From Octopus bimaculoides (lineage: Eukaryota), in assembly GCF_001194135.2 (NCBI RefSeq), contig NC_069000.1, positions 1,456,113-1,520,112 of the forward strand: DNA of 64,000 nt. The letters run 5' to 3'. The position numbers and the translations under genes are program-made. Positions 41,601 through 52,250 of this stretch are shown here, one piece after another. Numbering within the stretch: position 1 is the first letter of the stretch; every line of letters starts with the position of its first letter. The notes beneath the pieces were generated by a model. The model saw nothing but the letters and a program-made list of their open reading frames with translations, was not told the DNA's origin and did no database searches.

Positions 41601-44600
41601 GTGTTGTCAGTTACTTCTTTATGCAGCACAAGAAATACCTTTTCATTCACCAACCAAACAGCTACCATTTGAAGAAAAGCTCAACACACACACGAAATCT
41701 CTAGTAGGGTCTACTTTGTTGCAAGCATTTAGGCCAAGCTTCTGGTTTGAGGATATATGTCTCCCCATCCTTCCCACACACCAGTTTTTGAATGCCCTGT
41801 CAAGAGGAAAAATGAAACAAAAAACAACAAAAAAAGAAGGAGGGGAGATAATTGGGTTTCCTAAGCCATCTTAACGGTATTTCTACTCACTTTTCAAACT
41901 TCTCGTGACACTCTGGACATTCCAGGCCCGATACGCCCCGATGTTTGAGCTGATGATTCCAAAGCTGTGTTCGACTAGTTGCCAGAAATTTACACTCTTT
42001 ACAAGGGAAGGTAACTTTATCGTGTTCCCGCTCAATGTGTCGCTTGAGATTATCTCGAGTAATGGCTCGATAGTCACACACTTCACACTGGAAAGGTCGG
42101 TCCCCTGAAAGAAGGTAAGGTGTGAAAAGTCGACGCCAACAAAACAGAGCTTACCTTAATTGTCCAGATATAACGATACAAAAGTTCAACAGAAACAAAA
42201 TAAAGAAAAAACCTGATGCAAAATAAAACAAAATTATAATAATCATTAAAAACTACAGAAATTGTGTTGAAGAATCAAGTTAATCCCTTTAGCATTCAGA
42301 TTATCCTGTCAATCGTAATGCTTATTGATTCACATCATTTTGAATCATTCATGCATTATCTTGCAGCGTGGAGATCCTGATGATGTGATTGTTTATTTCT
42401 AGAATGACATTGTAGGGTAGGTGTGAGAGGTTGGACCTGGTCAATTTGAACATTAAACAGGTGGAATATTTGGGATGGATATCATCATCATCGTTTAACG
42501 TCCGTTTTCTATGCTGGCATGGGTTGGACGGTTTGATTGCAGTCTGGAGAGCCAGAAGCTGCACCAGACCCCAATCTGATCTGGCAGAGTTTCTACAGCT
42601 GGATGACCTTCCTAACGCCAACCACTCCAAGAGTGTAGTGAATGCTTTTTATGTGTCACTAGCACAGGAGCCAGTCAGGTAGTACTGGCATTGGCCATGT
42701 TTGGATATGTACAGTTTAAATGCTAAGGGATTAACCCTTTTGATACCAGCCCGGCTGAAACCACCTCTGGCTCTGTAGTACAAATGTCTTGTTTCCAAAA
42801 GTTCTGAATTAAAATCTTCCACCAAACCTTAGTCACAATTTACATTACTAACACTAGCTGAATGATAACTAAGTTATTTTACTAAATTCTTTGTTATATT
42901 TAAAATTAATTGAAAGAAACAGAAATATAGTAACAAGAGGGTTAATCACTAGGGATTTGATTTATTATCCGTCTGTCATCCTTCATTGCCTAAAAGGATT
43001 TTTTTGACTTAAATGTCATTTCTTAGTCTGGCATCCCAACCTCCATTTTAACAGCAGGACTCCCACTGGTTACACTGAAATATTGGCACCCATTCCAAAT
43101 GCAGGGCAAATTAGGAAATGGGAGCATATTGAAGCAAGGATTTAACATGGTCACAGTCCAATGATTGCACAAAGCAATCCGATATGTCACTAACCTTCAT
43201 GGTTTGTATTAAATTCGTTTTAAATCAATAAAGGAGTAAAATGACTTACCTGTGTGGGTTCGAACATGTGGATCATAATCGGCACGATTGTAAAAGAGAC
43301 GGCCACAAAACTCACACTCTTCGTGACCAAATGTCTGTCGCATCTTCTGGAAGATCTCCAGAGAAAGTGGACGATAGCCAAGACGCTTTATTATGTCAGA
43401 AGCCTTAGAAGATTTGTTATCGGCATCAACATCTTCGCCAGGAAGATCTTCTCCATTTTCATAGTTTTCTCCAGTTTCGGAACTGTTGTTGGGGAGTTTT
43501 ATCCGCTCGGTTGTACCAGTTGTTTTATCTTCTAAATAAGCCGAAGCAGATTTCTTCTGGACACTTGAAGTATTTCCTTCTTCCATGGTACTCACTGAAG
43601 AGCTGACAGCAAGCTTTTCATCAGTGGCAGATGCCTCTTCAGTATTACTAGCCGCATTCAGTGTACACTTTGCTGGTTTCTCTTCAACACTCTCATCAAC
43701 CTGCATGCTTTCTTCTTTTTTCAAGTCATCACTAGTCTTAACAGTCGAGCTGCCTGCTTCTATGTTCTTCACATCAGTCATTTCCACATCAGTAGTGGTT
43801 GCTACAGAACCAGTACTGGTGCCAGTGCTTGTGGCAAGTGGGTCAGAAGCCACTGTACCAATTTCTTCAACATTAGCATCAGTTGAAGACGTGCTTAACA
43901 ATTTTGTATCAGTGTCACTGTCTTTACCATTGTTGATGGCAACCGCAGAAAGTTCTGGTGGTAGGTTATCAAATTCCTTATCCTGGTCTGGAAGAGCATC
44001 ATCAGGTTCTGGCAGATAAAGAGATGCTGCGATGCTTTGCTCGAAAAGGTTCTCTTCTGTACCAGAATGGACATTGTTTATGTGTTCCATCAAGCGTACT
44101 GTGCTCAAGAACTTGTCCTGGCACACAACACAACAGTAAATGACACGATGTTTCAAAAAATGCTTCTCAAGGTAAATTCTTCGACTGGCAGAATAATCGC
44201 AGAGTTCGCAATGCTGTACACTTGGAATATCACGAATGTCATGCACAAACAAATGTCTGTCTCGATCAATCTTTTTCTTGAACTTGCGATTGCACACGTG
44301 ACACTGGTGAATCACTGTGGTGCCACGGTCTTGGCGTCCTTGCAAGAACTTTGCCAAATATTCTTTACCTTTGCGAGTATTGCTATGATATTTCCGAATG
44401 TGGTTCACCAAAGACTTGATGGTATTGTAGTCTTTCTTGCACATCTCACATGCATGTCGGATGTTGCTGTGTGTTGCCTCGTGCTCCAACAGGTGACTTT
44501 TGTTCACTGTCTTAAACGAGCACTTACAACAGATGTAAAACTGTCCTGTATGTTTACGCATGTGTGTGTATAAGTTGCCTGGAAGGAAACAAGGAATCAA

Positions 44601-47591
44601 AATTTACATTTAAATACACTTAGACACACACACATGTTTAAGGATGCTCTGCCCCCCCCACTAACAGAAACTGAATCAAACATCTTAACTATTAATCATA
44701 ATATATTTCATATTATATGTTTGTATATATATCAGCATGGCTGTGTGGTTAAGAAGCATGCATTGCAACTATGAGGCTTGGGGTTCAGTCACACTGTGTG
44801 GCACGTTGGGCAGTTGTCTTCTGCTATAGCCCTGAGACAACCAATGCTTTGGGTATGAACTTGATGGACAAACACTTTGTGGAAGCCTATCATATATACA
44901 GGGTCTTGCAGATAAATTGAGACAATTTTTACTATGCATTAAAATGGTTATAAATACTAAAATAATGGTAGTAGACATTTATTACAACAAGAACATTTAT
45001 CACTCAATATGGCCACCCTTTTGGACAATTACTGCCTCTACACGAGGACGAAAGTTTTTTGCTGCTGTCACAACCTCCACCTTTTTGATTTTGCATGTCA
45101 CACATTTGATGCAGGTCTTCAAACTGTGGAAATATGCCCCATAAAAAGTAATCGAGACGGTTGAGATCTGGGCCAGATGTTGGCCCTCTGCTGTCATTCA
45201 CACTCCTACCTGCTGTTGCTTGTACCACACTTGGACAGTTAAACTAGGTATGCTGGGACAAATTAAGATGTGCCTGTTCTAAGAGCAGTTATTTAATTGC
45301 ACCTGACTACACTCCGAGTTCAAATCCCATTGGGATCTACTCTGCATTTCATTCTTCAGGGAGTATATACAATAAGCATAAGTACCGGTCGTGTACTGGG
45401 GTTAGTTTAATCAATTGTACCCTTTCTCCTAACTGTCTGGGTCCAGCACCCATGTTGGAGATCAATATAACAAATTATGAGAGAACCTTAATTGACTTAC
45501 CTTTAGAATTGGATGCATAAGTGCATTTTGAACATTTGAAGGGTTTCAGGTCAGTGTGGATGAGGCAGTGAAGTCGCATGTGAGAGAGCGTCTTGAAAAC
45601 CTTATCGCACGTATTGCATGAGTAGAGTGAGAGTCCAAACGAACCAGTTCGAGGAGCTGAAGGGGCATTCTCATTAAGATCCTGTTCAATAACATGGACA
45701 CGAAACATGTGGTCAACCCCACTTAGATCTACATTCAAACTCTGTTCAAAGGCCATTTTCTCCTCCTCTGTATTAAATACAGGAATATCCTGAATGTGAT
45801 CTTTTGTTTTTTCCACAGCAGTATCCACTTCTAAGTTCCCAGATGGCTGAACGGAGCACGGCTGCTGGGTAGAAATAGGGTTGACATTGCTGGTTTCTTC
45901 CTCCTCTTCTGATAAATGAAGCTTGTAATCCTCTTCATCATCTTTTACGACAGTCACTTCAGTCTCTTCCTCACTTTCATCACCTAAAAAAAATAAAAAT
46001 AAAAATATAAACAGCAACCCAACCCACCTCAAATTACACTTTATGGTCACCAGTCAATAAGGGAAACCAGAAACAAGATGCTGATTCTCAAGAAGTCTCT
46101 CTTTTCATCATCATCATCGTTTAACGTCCGCCTTCCATGCTGGCATGGGTTGGATGATTTGACTGAGGACTGGTGGAGCCTGAAGGCTACACCAGGCTCC
46201 AATCTGATCTGGCAGAGTTTCTACAGCTGGATGCCCTTCCTAACGCCAACCACTCCGAGAGTGTAGTAGGTGCTTTTACGTGTCACCCGCACGAAGGCCA
46301 GTCAGGCGATACTGGCAACGGCCACGCTCAAAATGGTGTATTTTATGTGCCACCCACACAAGAGCCAGTTCAGGGTGTTTTTATCAGCAAAGCAACCACA
46401 AAGATGTTCCTTTGATCTGCTTTATATAAATGAACAACCAGGTTCAGGCGTAGCCGTGGGGTTAAGAATTTTGCTTCCAAACTACATGGCTCCAGGTTCA
46501 GGCTCACTGCACGGCACCAGTGGCAAGTGTCTTCTACTATAGCCTTAGGCTATCCAAAGCCTTTGAGTGGATTCAGCAAACAGAAACTGAAACACATCAC
46601 CCACCCCCACACACACACATGAATGTGTATCTGTGTATTTGTTTGTCCCTCAACCCCCACCTGGCAATCAGTGTCAGCTTGTTTAAATTCCTGTAACGTA
46701 GTGGTTCAGCAAAAGAGACTAACAGAATAAGTACCAGATGTACAAAAACAAGTGCCGGGGTCAATTTGTTTGACTAAATCCTTCAGGGTAGTGCCCCAGC
46801 ATGGCCAGGATCCAATAACTAAAACAAGTAAAAGATGAAAGATAAAATACACTGACCTTCAATTTTGACAACATCCTTTTTGGAAATGTCAACATAGTCC
46901 GAAGTAGCGAGGCATTTGTGTGTGATGAAATAACGCTCTTTGGGGAACGCTCGTTTACATCGGGCACAATGGTATTTCCCGTCTTTACCTAATGGTAAAA
47001 AAAAAAGGGGGGGAAGAAATACATAAAAGAAAACAAGCTTCAAATTAGTTTAAAAGGAAAACCACTTCGGTTTAATGCCATAGAGAATGAAACTGTTAGA
47101 TGACCTGAGAAATTTAGGACCAATGGGAAAATATTTTAACTGGAGGACAAAATAGGTGTGAGTAAGCATGGACAACAGATGTATGATGATGATGAAACCC
47201 TAGAAGCCATGTGTTGTATTCAATATAACAAAAATGAGCCAAGAGAAATAACTGAGAGTGGCCAGTGACATACATTTGCATTTGAACAGCACAGACAAAT
47301 ACAGGTTTATCAAAATGCCATACAACATCAATTCTTGGTTAATTAAAATTATCTCTGCCCCTAGAGGATGTACCATAATTACCAAACAGTAATTAAGACC
47401 AGCTCCACATGAGAAGTGGAGATAATTTCAAGAATCAAGAATTTTCCCCAAAATTGTCAAGATATTTAGGAAAAGGACAGGCTTATTGTATGGAGGTAAG
47501 AAGGCAGTTGTGGGCACATGTTTCTGCCTCAACAGCCATCATCAGCATGACAACCGTCTGAACTTATATCCAGTATATGTGTATATATATA

Positions 47592-47632
<41 letters not shown>

Positions 47633-50554
47633 GGAATATTTGAAGGATAAAGTGTCAGGACAGCTAATAACAGACACAGGTAGTTTATTCCATGATTTGA
47701 TAATTCTGAAAGTGAAAGAATGTTTCTGAAAGTCATGGGTGTTATGCTGCACATTGCACATTGTAGTCATTGAATAATAAATTGAATCATTGTTTGTTAC
47801 CTTTCTCAGGGATTGGCAGTCTTTGTGGCTCTTTAGGGACAGCATCTCTTTGAACATTCTTCTCTTCTCCTTTTCTGGGTCTTCCACGACGACGGCCTAC
47901 ATCAAATATAGAAAGGTAGACGAAATTTTATAATATATACATACACACACACATATATTTCATCATCATCGTTTAACGTCCGCTTTCCATGCTGGCATGG
48001 GTTGGGCGATTTGACTGAGGACTGGCGAACCAGAAGGCTGCACCAGGCTCCAATCTGATCTGGCAGAGTTTCTACAGCTGGATGCCCTTCCTAACGTCAA
48101 TGATGAACTTATTGTATACATTGCTAAGATACACTACAACTTGTTGGAAAAGGTTAAAAAAAAGTGACTGAAAGCAGACGTATAAAGAGGGGACAGAGAG
48201 CTGACATATAAAAAGGGACAGAGGACAGACATGTCTAATTTAATTACGGTCTGTGAAAAATCTCACCAAATTGATTATTGTTAATTGATAAGGAAGGAAA
48301 ACTCATTTTTTTTATGCTGGTGCATTTAGAAATGAATCATTAATGTAAATATTTTTATCTGCTTTATTTTACATATATTTTCCTTCTCAACTGATATTAA
48401 CCACAAAGCTGGCTCTTTATGAATTACGAAAATGCAGAGGTGTGATACCTCATCTTCAGTTATTTACAGTGTAGTGCGTGAATGAGAAATATGTGTCTAC
48501 CTACATACACAACAGACTTTCGGTTTCTATCTACCAAACCCATTCACAAATCCTTGATTGGCCTGAGCCAGGGCTATAATACAAGACCCTTGCCCAAGGT
48601 GCCACACAGTGGGGCTGAACCCAGAATCCAACTTCTTACCACACAGCCAAGCCTGCACCTATAAATTTATAAACATAGATCATCTTTATTAATGCAGTAA
48701 TAAAGGTGCTCCACTAGTGACTCAGCGGTTGCACATTATGCGCATATACGATGTGCAATTTATGTGGTATATCTTTCATCAATAGGGACCAGTCAATGAT
48801 TTTAAGCATCGGCAACAAAACAGGAAAACCGGTTCACTTTGAACAAAGGCCCTGGTAATATTTCTTCAATACTGGCTTACAGATACTCCCTTGTTCACAT
48901 AATTTATTACAATATATAAAAATAAATAAGTTGAAAACATAAAAATGAAGAAAACCTCCCGACTCACCAGTTGAGCTGGGGGTAGTGGTTGTAGCTGTGG
49001 TAGTGGTGATGGCAATGATGGGGGTGGTGTTGGTAGTGGTGGTGGCAAGAGGTTGAACTGTTGGAGGTGTCTTTGATTGTAATTGCTCTACATTAACAGA
49101 CTGATTGAGGGCGTCCAGTATCGGCTGGACCGCTGCTGCACTGCTGTTGCTGTCCTGTGGAGAGGTGATGATGACAACAGCTTTCGTATCAGATGAGTTT
49201 TCTCCGGTCACCATGGCTGCCTGAGCCACTTGAGACAGTAAGTCAGCTGACCCAACATTTACAGATTCTTCAACTGGAAAATAAATAAATAAAAATAAAA
49301 TGAAATTTATAAAAAAAAAAGGGGGGTGGAAGAGACCCAAGTATGAAGTCGGAGGAGAGTAAAATATTCTTTTCTACTCTAGGCACAAGGCTTGAAATTT
49401 TGGGGGAGGTGGGAGCCAGACAATTATATCGACCCTCCCCCAGTACACAACTGGTACTTAATTTATCGACCTCGAAAGGATGATGGTGTAGTGGTTAAGA
49501 GTGCGGGCTACTAACCCCACCAAGATTCTGAGTTCGATTCCAGGCAGTGACCTGAATAATAATAATAATAATATTGAAAAATACCTTAGAATTTCCCCAA
49601 GACACCTGATGAAGGCTGGAAGGTATATCAACCGAAACAAGATGAGGACAAATATCCGTCAAATGTAAATAACATAAATAATGTATATTAATTCCTAGTA
49701 AGGCCACCCAAGGGCCACCCAGGTGGTGGTGTTTGATCCTACCACAGATTAAGTTAACCACTCATCAGGAATTTCCAGAACCTAAATATACCAAAAACTA
49801 ACAAACATGACAAAAAGTCCAAAAAGTAGGAGCTTATTTCACAAGAGCTGCATTCATCTGGTTAATTAAATCAAACTGTGATTGTTCCTTGACATTCTTG
49901 ACCCATGTTTGCTTCTATGATACAAACGTCCAGTTTTAAAGTGACCGAAATTTAAACATTCCATCAAAATTTCATGTTAATCTATGTTCCAAATACTAGA
50001 TTAGTAATGACAAAATAATTCCACTAGATTCTTTATTATTTTCTAATTGAAACAAAGTCAATGTATTTCAGTAGAAACATGTTAACAAAAGGATTTAACA
50101 ATAATCTAATCTTTATCGGGATTAACCAGGAGTAAATTCCTTGATACCAACCAGCCTAAGAGCACTTGCTGGTTCTATGACAAAAATGTCTCGTTTTAAA
50201 ATGATCTAAATTAAAAACTTCCACCAAAATTTCTGTTGTGTTCCTAACATCAGCTTAATCACAACAAAATTATTTTACGAAATTCTTCATTACTTTCAAA
50301 ATTTCTTGAAATAAAGACAACCTATTCCAACAGAACTCTTGTAATAAAGAATTAAACAACTTACCTGGGGTACACTGCAAGGCATCGGCGAATTTAATTG
50401 AGTCATCAGAGTTTAAAGTTATTGGCACTTCAACTGCTTGAGGTGTGACATTAACTGGCGCTTCAGGAGCGCATTCTTTCTTGTGAATGATGAACAGTTC
50501 AATGTCATTGAAGTTGCCTTGGCATTGACCACAGATGAATGTGTCCAAAGGCAT
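33919..50554 (-). CDS. ZFAT: ZFAT ortholog, spliced CDS of 13 exons: 50554-50365, 49273-48968, 47896-47801, 46988-46857, 45983-45501, 44578-43250, 42104-41891, 40451-40348, 38556-38277, 37303-36967, 36169-36118, 35706-35627, 34194-33919 (3879 nt, about 1292 aa)
   Basis: All junctions are GT-AG with matching phases and give one open frame to TAA at 33921-33919. Segments such as CHVCNRKFKKKIDRDRHLFVH, CEFCGRLFYNRADYDPHVRTH, GRRSYKCPYCERVFIRANSELRKHIWIHEGIKPFRC and AVNILQHII match human ZFAT as I recall it, in the same order. AT-hook RRRGRPRK precedes the main finger array. Orthology is from memory, not from a search. Confidence 0.9.
35627..35706 (-). CDS. ZFAT: ZFAT coding exon 12 (PAPQELDEKTASAVNILQHIIDMSQQ)
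   Basis: tttttag acceptor, CAG|gtaaac donor; resembles the human ZFAT C-terminal AVNILQQII segment as recalled. Confidence 0.88.
36118..36169 (-). CDS. ZFAT: ZFAT coding exon 11 (52 nt, VFQVSDEPPLYSEETNS)
   Basis: Strong pyrimidine tract tttctcttcag, donor CAG|gtaaaa; its phase 0-1 is required to join exons 10 and 12. Confidence 0.8.
36967..37303 (-). CDS. ZFAT: ZFAT coding exon 10, last C2H2 fingers
   Basis: ORF 36874-37374; tttcaccag acceptor, CTT|gtgagt donor. Confidence 0.95.
37376..37620 (-). mobile_element. Mariner transposon remnant in ZFAT intron 9
   Basis: C-terminal GLEKLKDHCNKCVKL (mariner GIxKLxxRWxKC-like) next to a TIR-like GGGGTGCTGAAATGTTCCTGGCTTT end in a TA-rich site. Confidence 0.6.
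38277..38556 (-). CDS. ZFAT: ZFAT coding exon 9, three C2H2 fingers
   Basis: ORF 38273-38578; ttttgtag acceptor, GACAA|gtgagt donor. Confidence 0.95.
38681..39540 (-). mobile_element. 5'-truncated RTE LINE 3' end spanning a gap, in ZFAT intron 8
   Basis: RLYDACVRTTMLHGSETW...RRLRWYGHVVRMEEDSCVKKC...GRGRPRKTW, 3' UTR and (GAT)n tail; flanked by (TA)n on both sides. Confidence 0.92.
39945..40272 (+). mobile_element. RTE 3' UTR/tail copy with three tandem subunits
   Basis: Same tail as the 38681 and 60047 elements in the opposite orientation; further copies near 6550, 10865, 30345, 34321, 36345, 46106, 47961. Confidence 0.85.
40348..40451 (-). CDS. ZFAT: ZFAT coding exon 8
   Basis: Completes the finger CPECHEKFE-N-LKRLRNHILIKH; ttcttaaag acceptor, ATGG|gtaata donor. 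Confidence 0.9.
41891..42104 (-). CDS. ZFAT: ZFAT coding exon 7, C2H2 fingers
   Basis: HTG-DRPFQCEVCDY linker across the junction; ctttcag acceptor, AA|gtgagt donor. Confidence 0.92.
42284..42941. mobile_element. Two adjacent piggyBac-like MITEs (42284-42730 and 42735-42941) sharing one TTAA; the first carries an RTE-tail insertion (about 42481-42710)
   Basis: TTAA at 42280, 42731 and 42942; TIRs TCCCTTTAGCATT / TCCCTTAGCATT and CCCTTTTGATAC / CCCTCTTGTTAC; related copies near 20, 2620, 10106, 10706, 19605, 20340, 49900, 52557. Confidence 0.75.
43250..44578 (-). CDS. ZFAT: ZFAT coding exon 6 (1329 nt), C2H2 fingers and long acidic linker
   Basis: ORF 43209-44600; ccttccag acceptor, CACACAG|gtaagt donor. 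Confidence 0.95.
44899..45235 (-). mobile_element. Tc1/mariner transposase C-terminal remnant with one terminal repeat
   Basis: PDLNRLDYFLWG and KNFRPRVEAVIVQKGGHIE* in two frames; end CAGGGTCTTGCAGATAAATTGAGACAA preceded by TA at 44897-44898. Confidence 0.8.
45501..45983 (-). CDS. ZFAT: ZFAT coding exon 5, acidic region plus first C2H2 fingers
   Basis: tttttag acceptor, AAAG|gtaagt donor; finger 2 continues into the next exon (CSKCTYASNSK-G-NLYTHMRKH). Confidence 0.92.
46857..46988 (-). CDS. ZFAT: ZFAT coding exon 4, C2HC-type finger CARCKRAFPKERYFITHKC
   Basis: ttaccattag acceptor, GAAG|gtcagt donor, phase 1-1. Confidence 0.85.
47801..47896 (-). CDS. ZFAT: ZFAT coding exon 3, AT-hook (GRRRGRPRKGEEKNVQRDAVPKEPQRLPIPEK)
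   Basis: gatgtag acceptor, AAG|gtaaca donor, phase 1-1, 96 nt; this frame is not in the ORF track and was translated by hand. Confidence 0.85.
48968..49273 (-). CDS. ZFAT: ZFAT coding exon 2, low-complexity Thr/Ser-rich linker
   Basis: ttttccag acceptor, G|gtgagt donor, phase 1-1, 306 nt. Confidence 0.8.
49481..49685 (+). mobile_element. tRNA-headed element with a degenerate hammerhead-ribozyme-like core
   Basis: A box TGGTGTAGTGG, B box GAGTTCGATTCC, (AAT)n spacer, then CTGATGA-A-GGCTG-loop-CAACC-GAAAC at 49606-49638. Confidence 0.65.
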
Positions 50555-50561
50555 CGTTTAT
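50365..50561 (-). CDS. ZFAT: ZFAT coding exon 1 (ATG at 50554), N-terminal C2HC-type finger CGQCQGNFNDIELFIIHKKEC
   Basis: Acceptor ttttttccag|ATAAACGATG; donor CCAG|gtaagt; ORF 50270-50554. Confidence 0.85.
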
Positions 50562-50939
50562 CTGGAAAAAAAAACCCCAAAAAACAGGAATTTATTATCA
50601 TAATCATAATTCTCTATTTAACATCTCGTAATATTTATGGGTTGGATGTGTATCAGGTCAGGTCAGGAGGGCATCCACTGTTGCAGTGTGTCCCTGCATC
50701 CACCATTTGTCGGTATCTGCTTGGGACATCCCAGGCAACCTACCAAGCTATGTTCCAGTCAGTCCTCATCACTGCGAGATACTTCCTCATCTGCAGTAAC
50801 CATGAGACATGTGAAGTCTTAAAGAGACTCCTAATTACTAACACCTTAATCTAGGCCAAGTTTTCCTCAAGGATTTCTATAAATTTAAGGTTCTGCATCC
50901 ACATCAGTAATTTCTTCTTTAATTCTATTATAGATTGAG

Positions 50940-52250
50940 CTGTAAGAATTTGATGACAATAACATTATAAAAGGAGCTTTCACAGACAGCTCATCTTAAA
51001 CATCTGTGATGGCCTGTAGGGTCATAATGAACAAGACAGGGCTGAAGTCTGAGCCTTGATAGACCTCTACTTTCAGGCTAAACTCAACATTGACTGACAT
51101 TACTTACTGCACCTTTTTATACACAGCTTGTACTGCCCTTCGTCTACAATTTGTTTTGTTAGTGACCACCAGATTACTAAGTTTGGCACCTTGTTAAAGA
51201 CCTCCAATTCAACAAATCCTACATATAGTGGTTTACTTGAAGCTAAGCATTTCTGCAGTTGCCTTACTAAGAAGATAGCATCTATGATATCCCTTGCAAA
51301 CATAAAACCAAGCTGCATCTCGTCTCATCTCATCTAACTGTACAATGGCACTGTGATTTCAATAGCTGGTCTAACAATTTGATGCTGCTATAATTTCTCT
51401 CTCTAAGACATCTCCTTGTCCTGGTGGTAGATCACAGTGATACTGCTGCACCGGTCAGTGCATACGACACCCTTCCATTTCTAGATTAACTATCCGGGTG
51501 ACTAGAATATATCTCACATAGCCTCATACCATTAACTCAATGGCTATTCTTTATGGACCAGTAACTATCATTACCTTCAAGTCCTTCACTCTGTTACACT
51601 GTGAAAAGCTCACCTGCTGTTTCCTCCGTTGGGTCAGCATGTGGTTGACCCTCTTCAGCCCAAGCATTCTCTCATAACAGCACTTCTCTGCTCCTTTCTT
51701 ATCAGCTTTAAAGACAAGTATGTCTCCCTCATTCTGGATATACTCCTCCCCAATGACATCTCAGTTTACTCCAGTACCGTCTTACAATCCCGAACACCTC
51801 AAATCTCTTCCTTTCGGCTTTTCCTCAGCTGAGTATACCTGACACCAAGATTCTCTTCTGCCTACTTGATAACGTTCTCTGCTTCTACCTTCCTTCCAGA
51901 CATTCCAAACCTGTTTCTTAGCTTTTATAGATCTATTGTATCACTCCATTATCATGTCACCTTGTTTGGCCAGGATCTTACAACTGTGACCATACAGCTC
52001 ACCTGTAGTGCTCACAAGGTATCTTATAACAATTCCAATGGCAGGTAAGTGTCTGTCTTCTCCTCTATAGCATTATGTGCAACATCTAGAATTTCTCTCC
52101 AAAACTGTCTAATGAACACACACACATATAATGAACTCTGTCCCTTAAATTCACCTGCAAGGCATCGGTCAGTCCGAAGAAGTAATATCAGAGGACACCA
52201 GTGCTAGAATATTCAGAATGGTTCATCACATATAAGTGTGCCATCAAGCC
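50940..52250 (-). mobile_element. Old degraded RTE-type LINE in the ZFAT 5' intron
   Basis: QLGFMFARDIIDAIFLVRQLQKCLASSKPLYVGFVEL (RT) and GVYQGSDFSPVLFIM motifs with many stops. Confidence 0.8.

Noticed and set aside
43254-44573. Plus-strand ORFs of 93-178 aa overlapping ZFAT exon 6
   Set aside because: Antisense shadows of the real coding exon.
49745-49790. Second CTGATGA (minus strand) near the hammerhead-like element, and an apparent small exon
   Set aside because: No stem II plus GAAA follows; the segment has a stop in the phase ZFAT would require.
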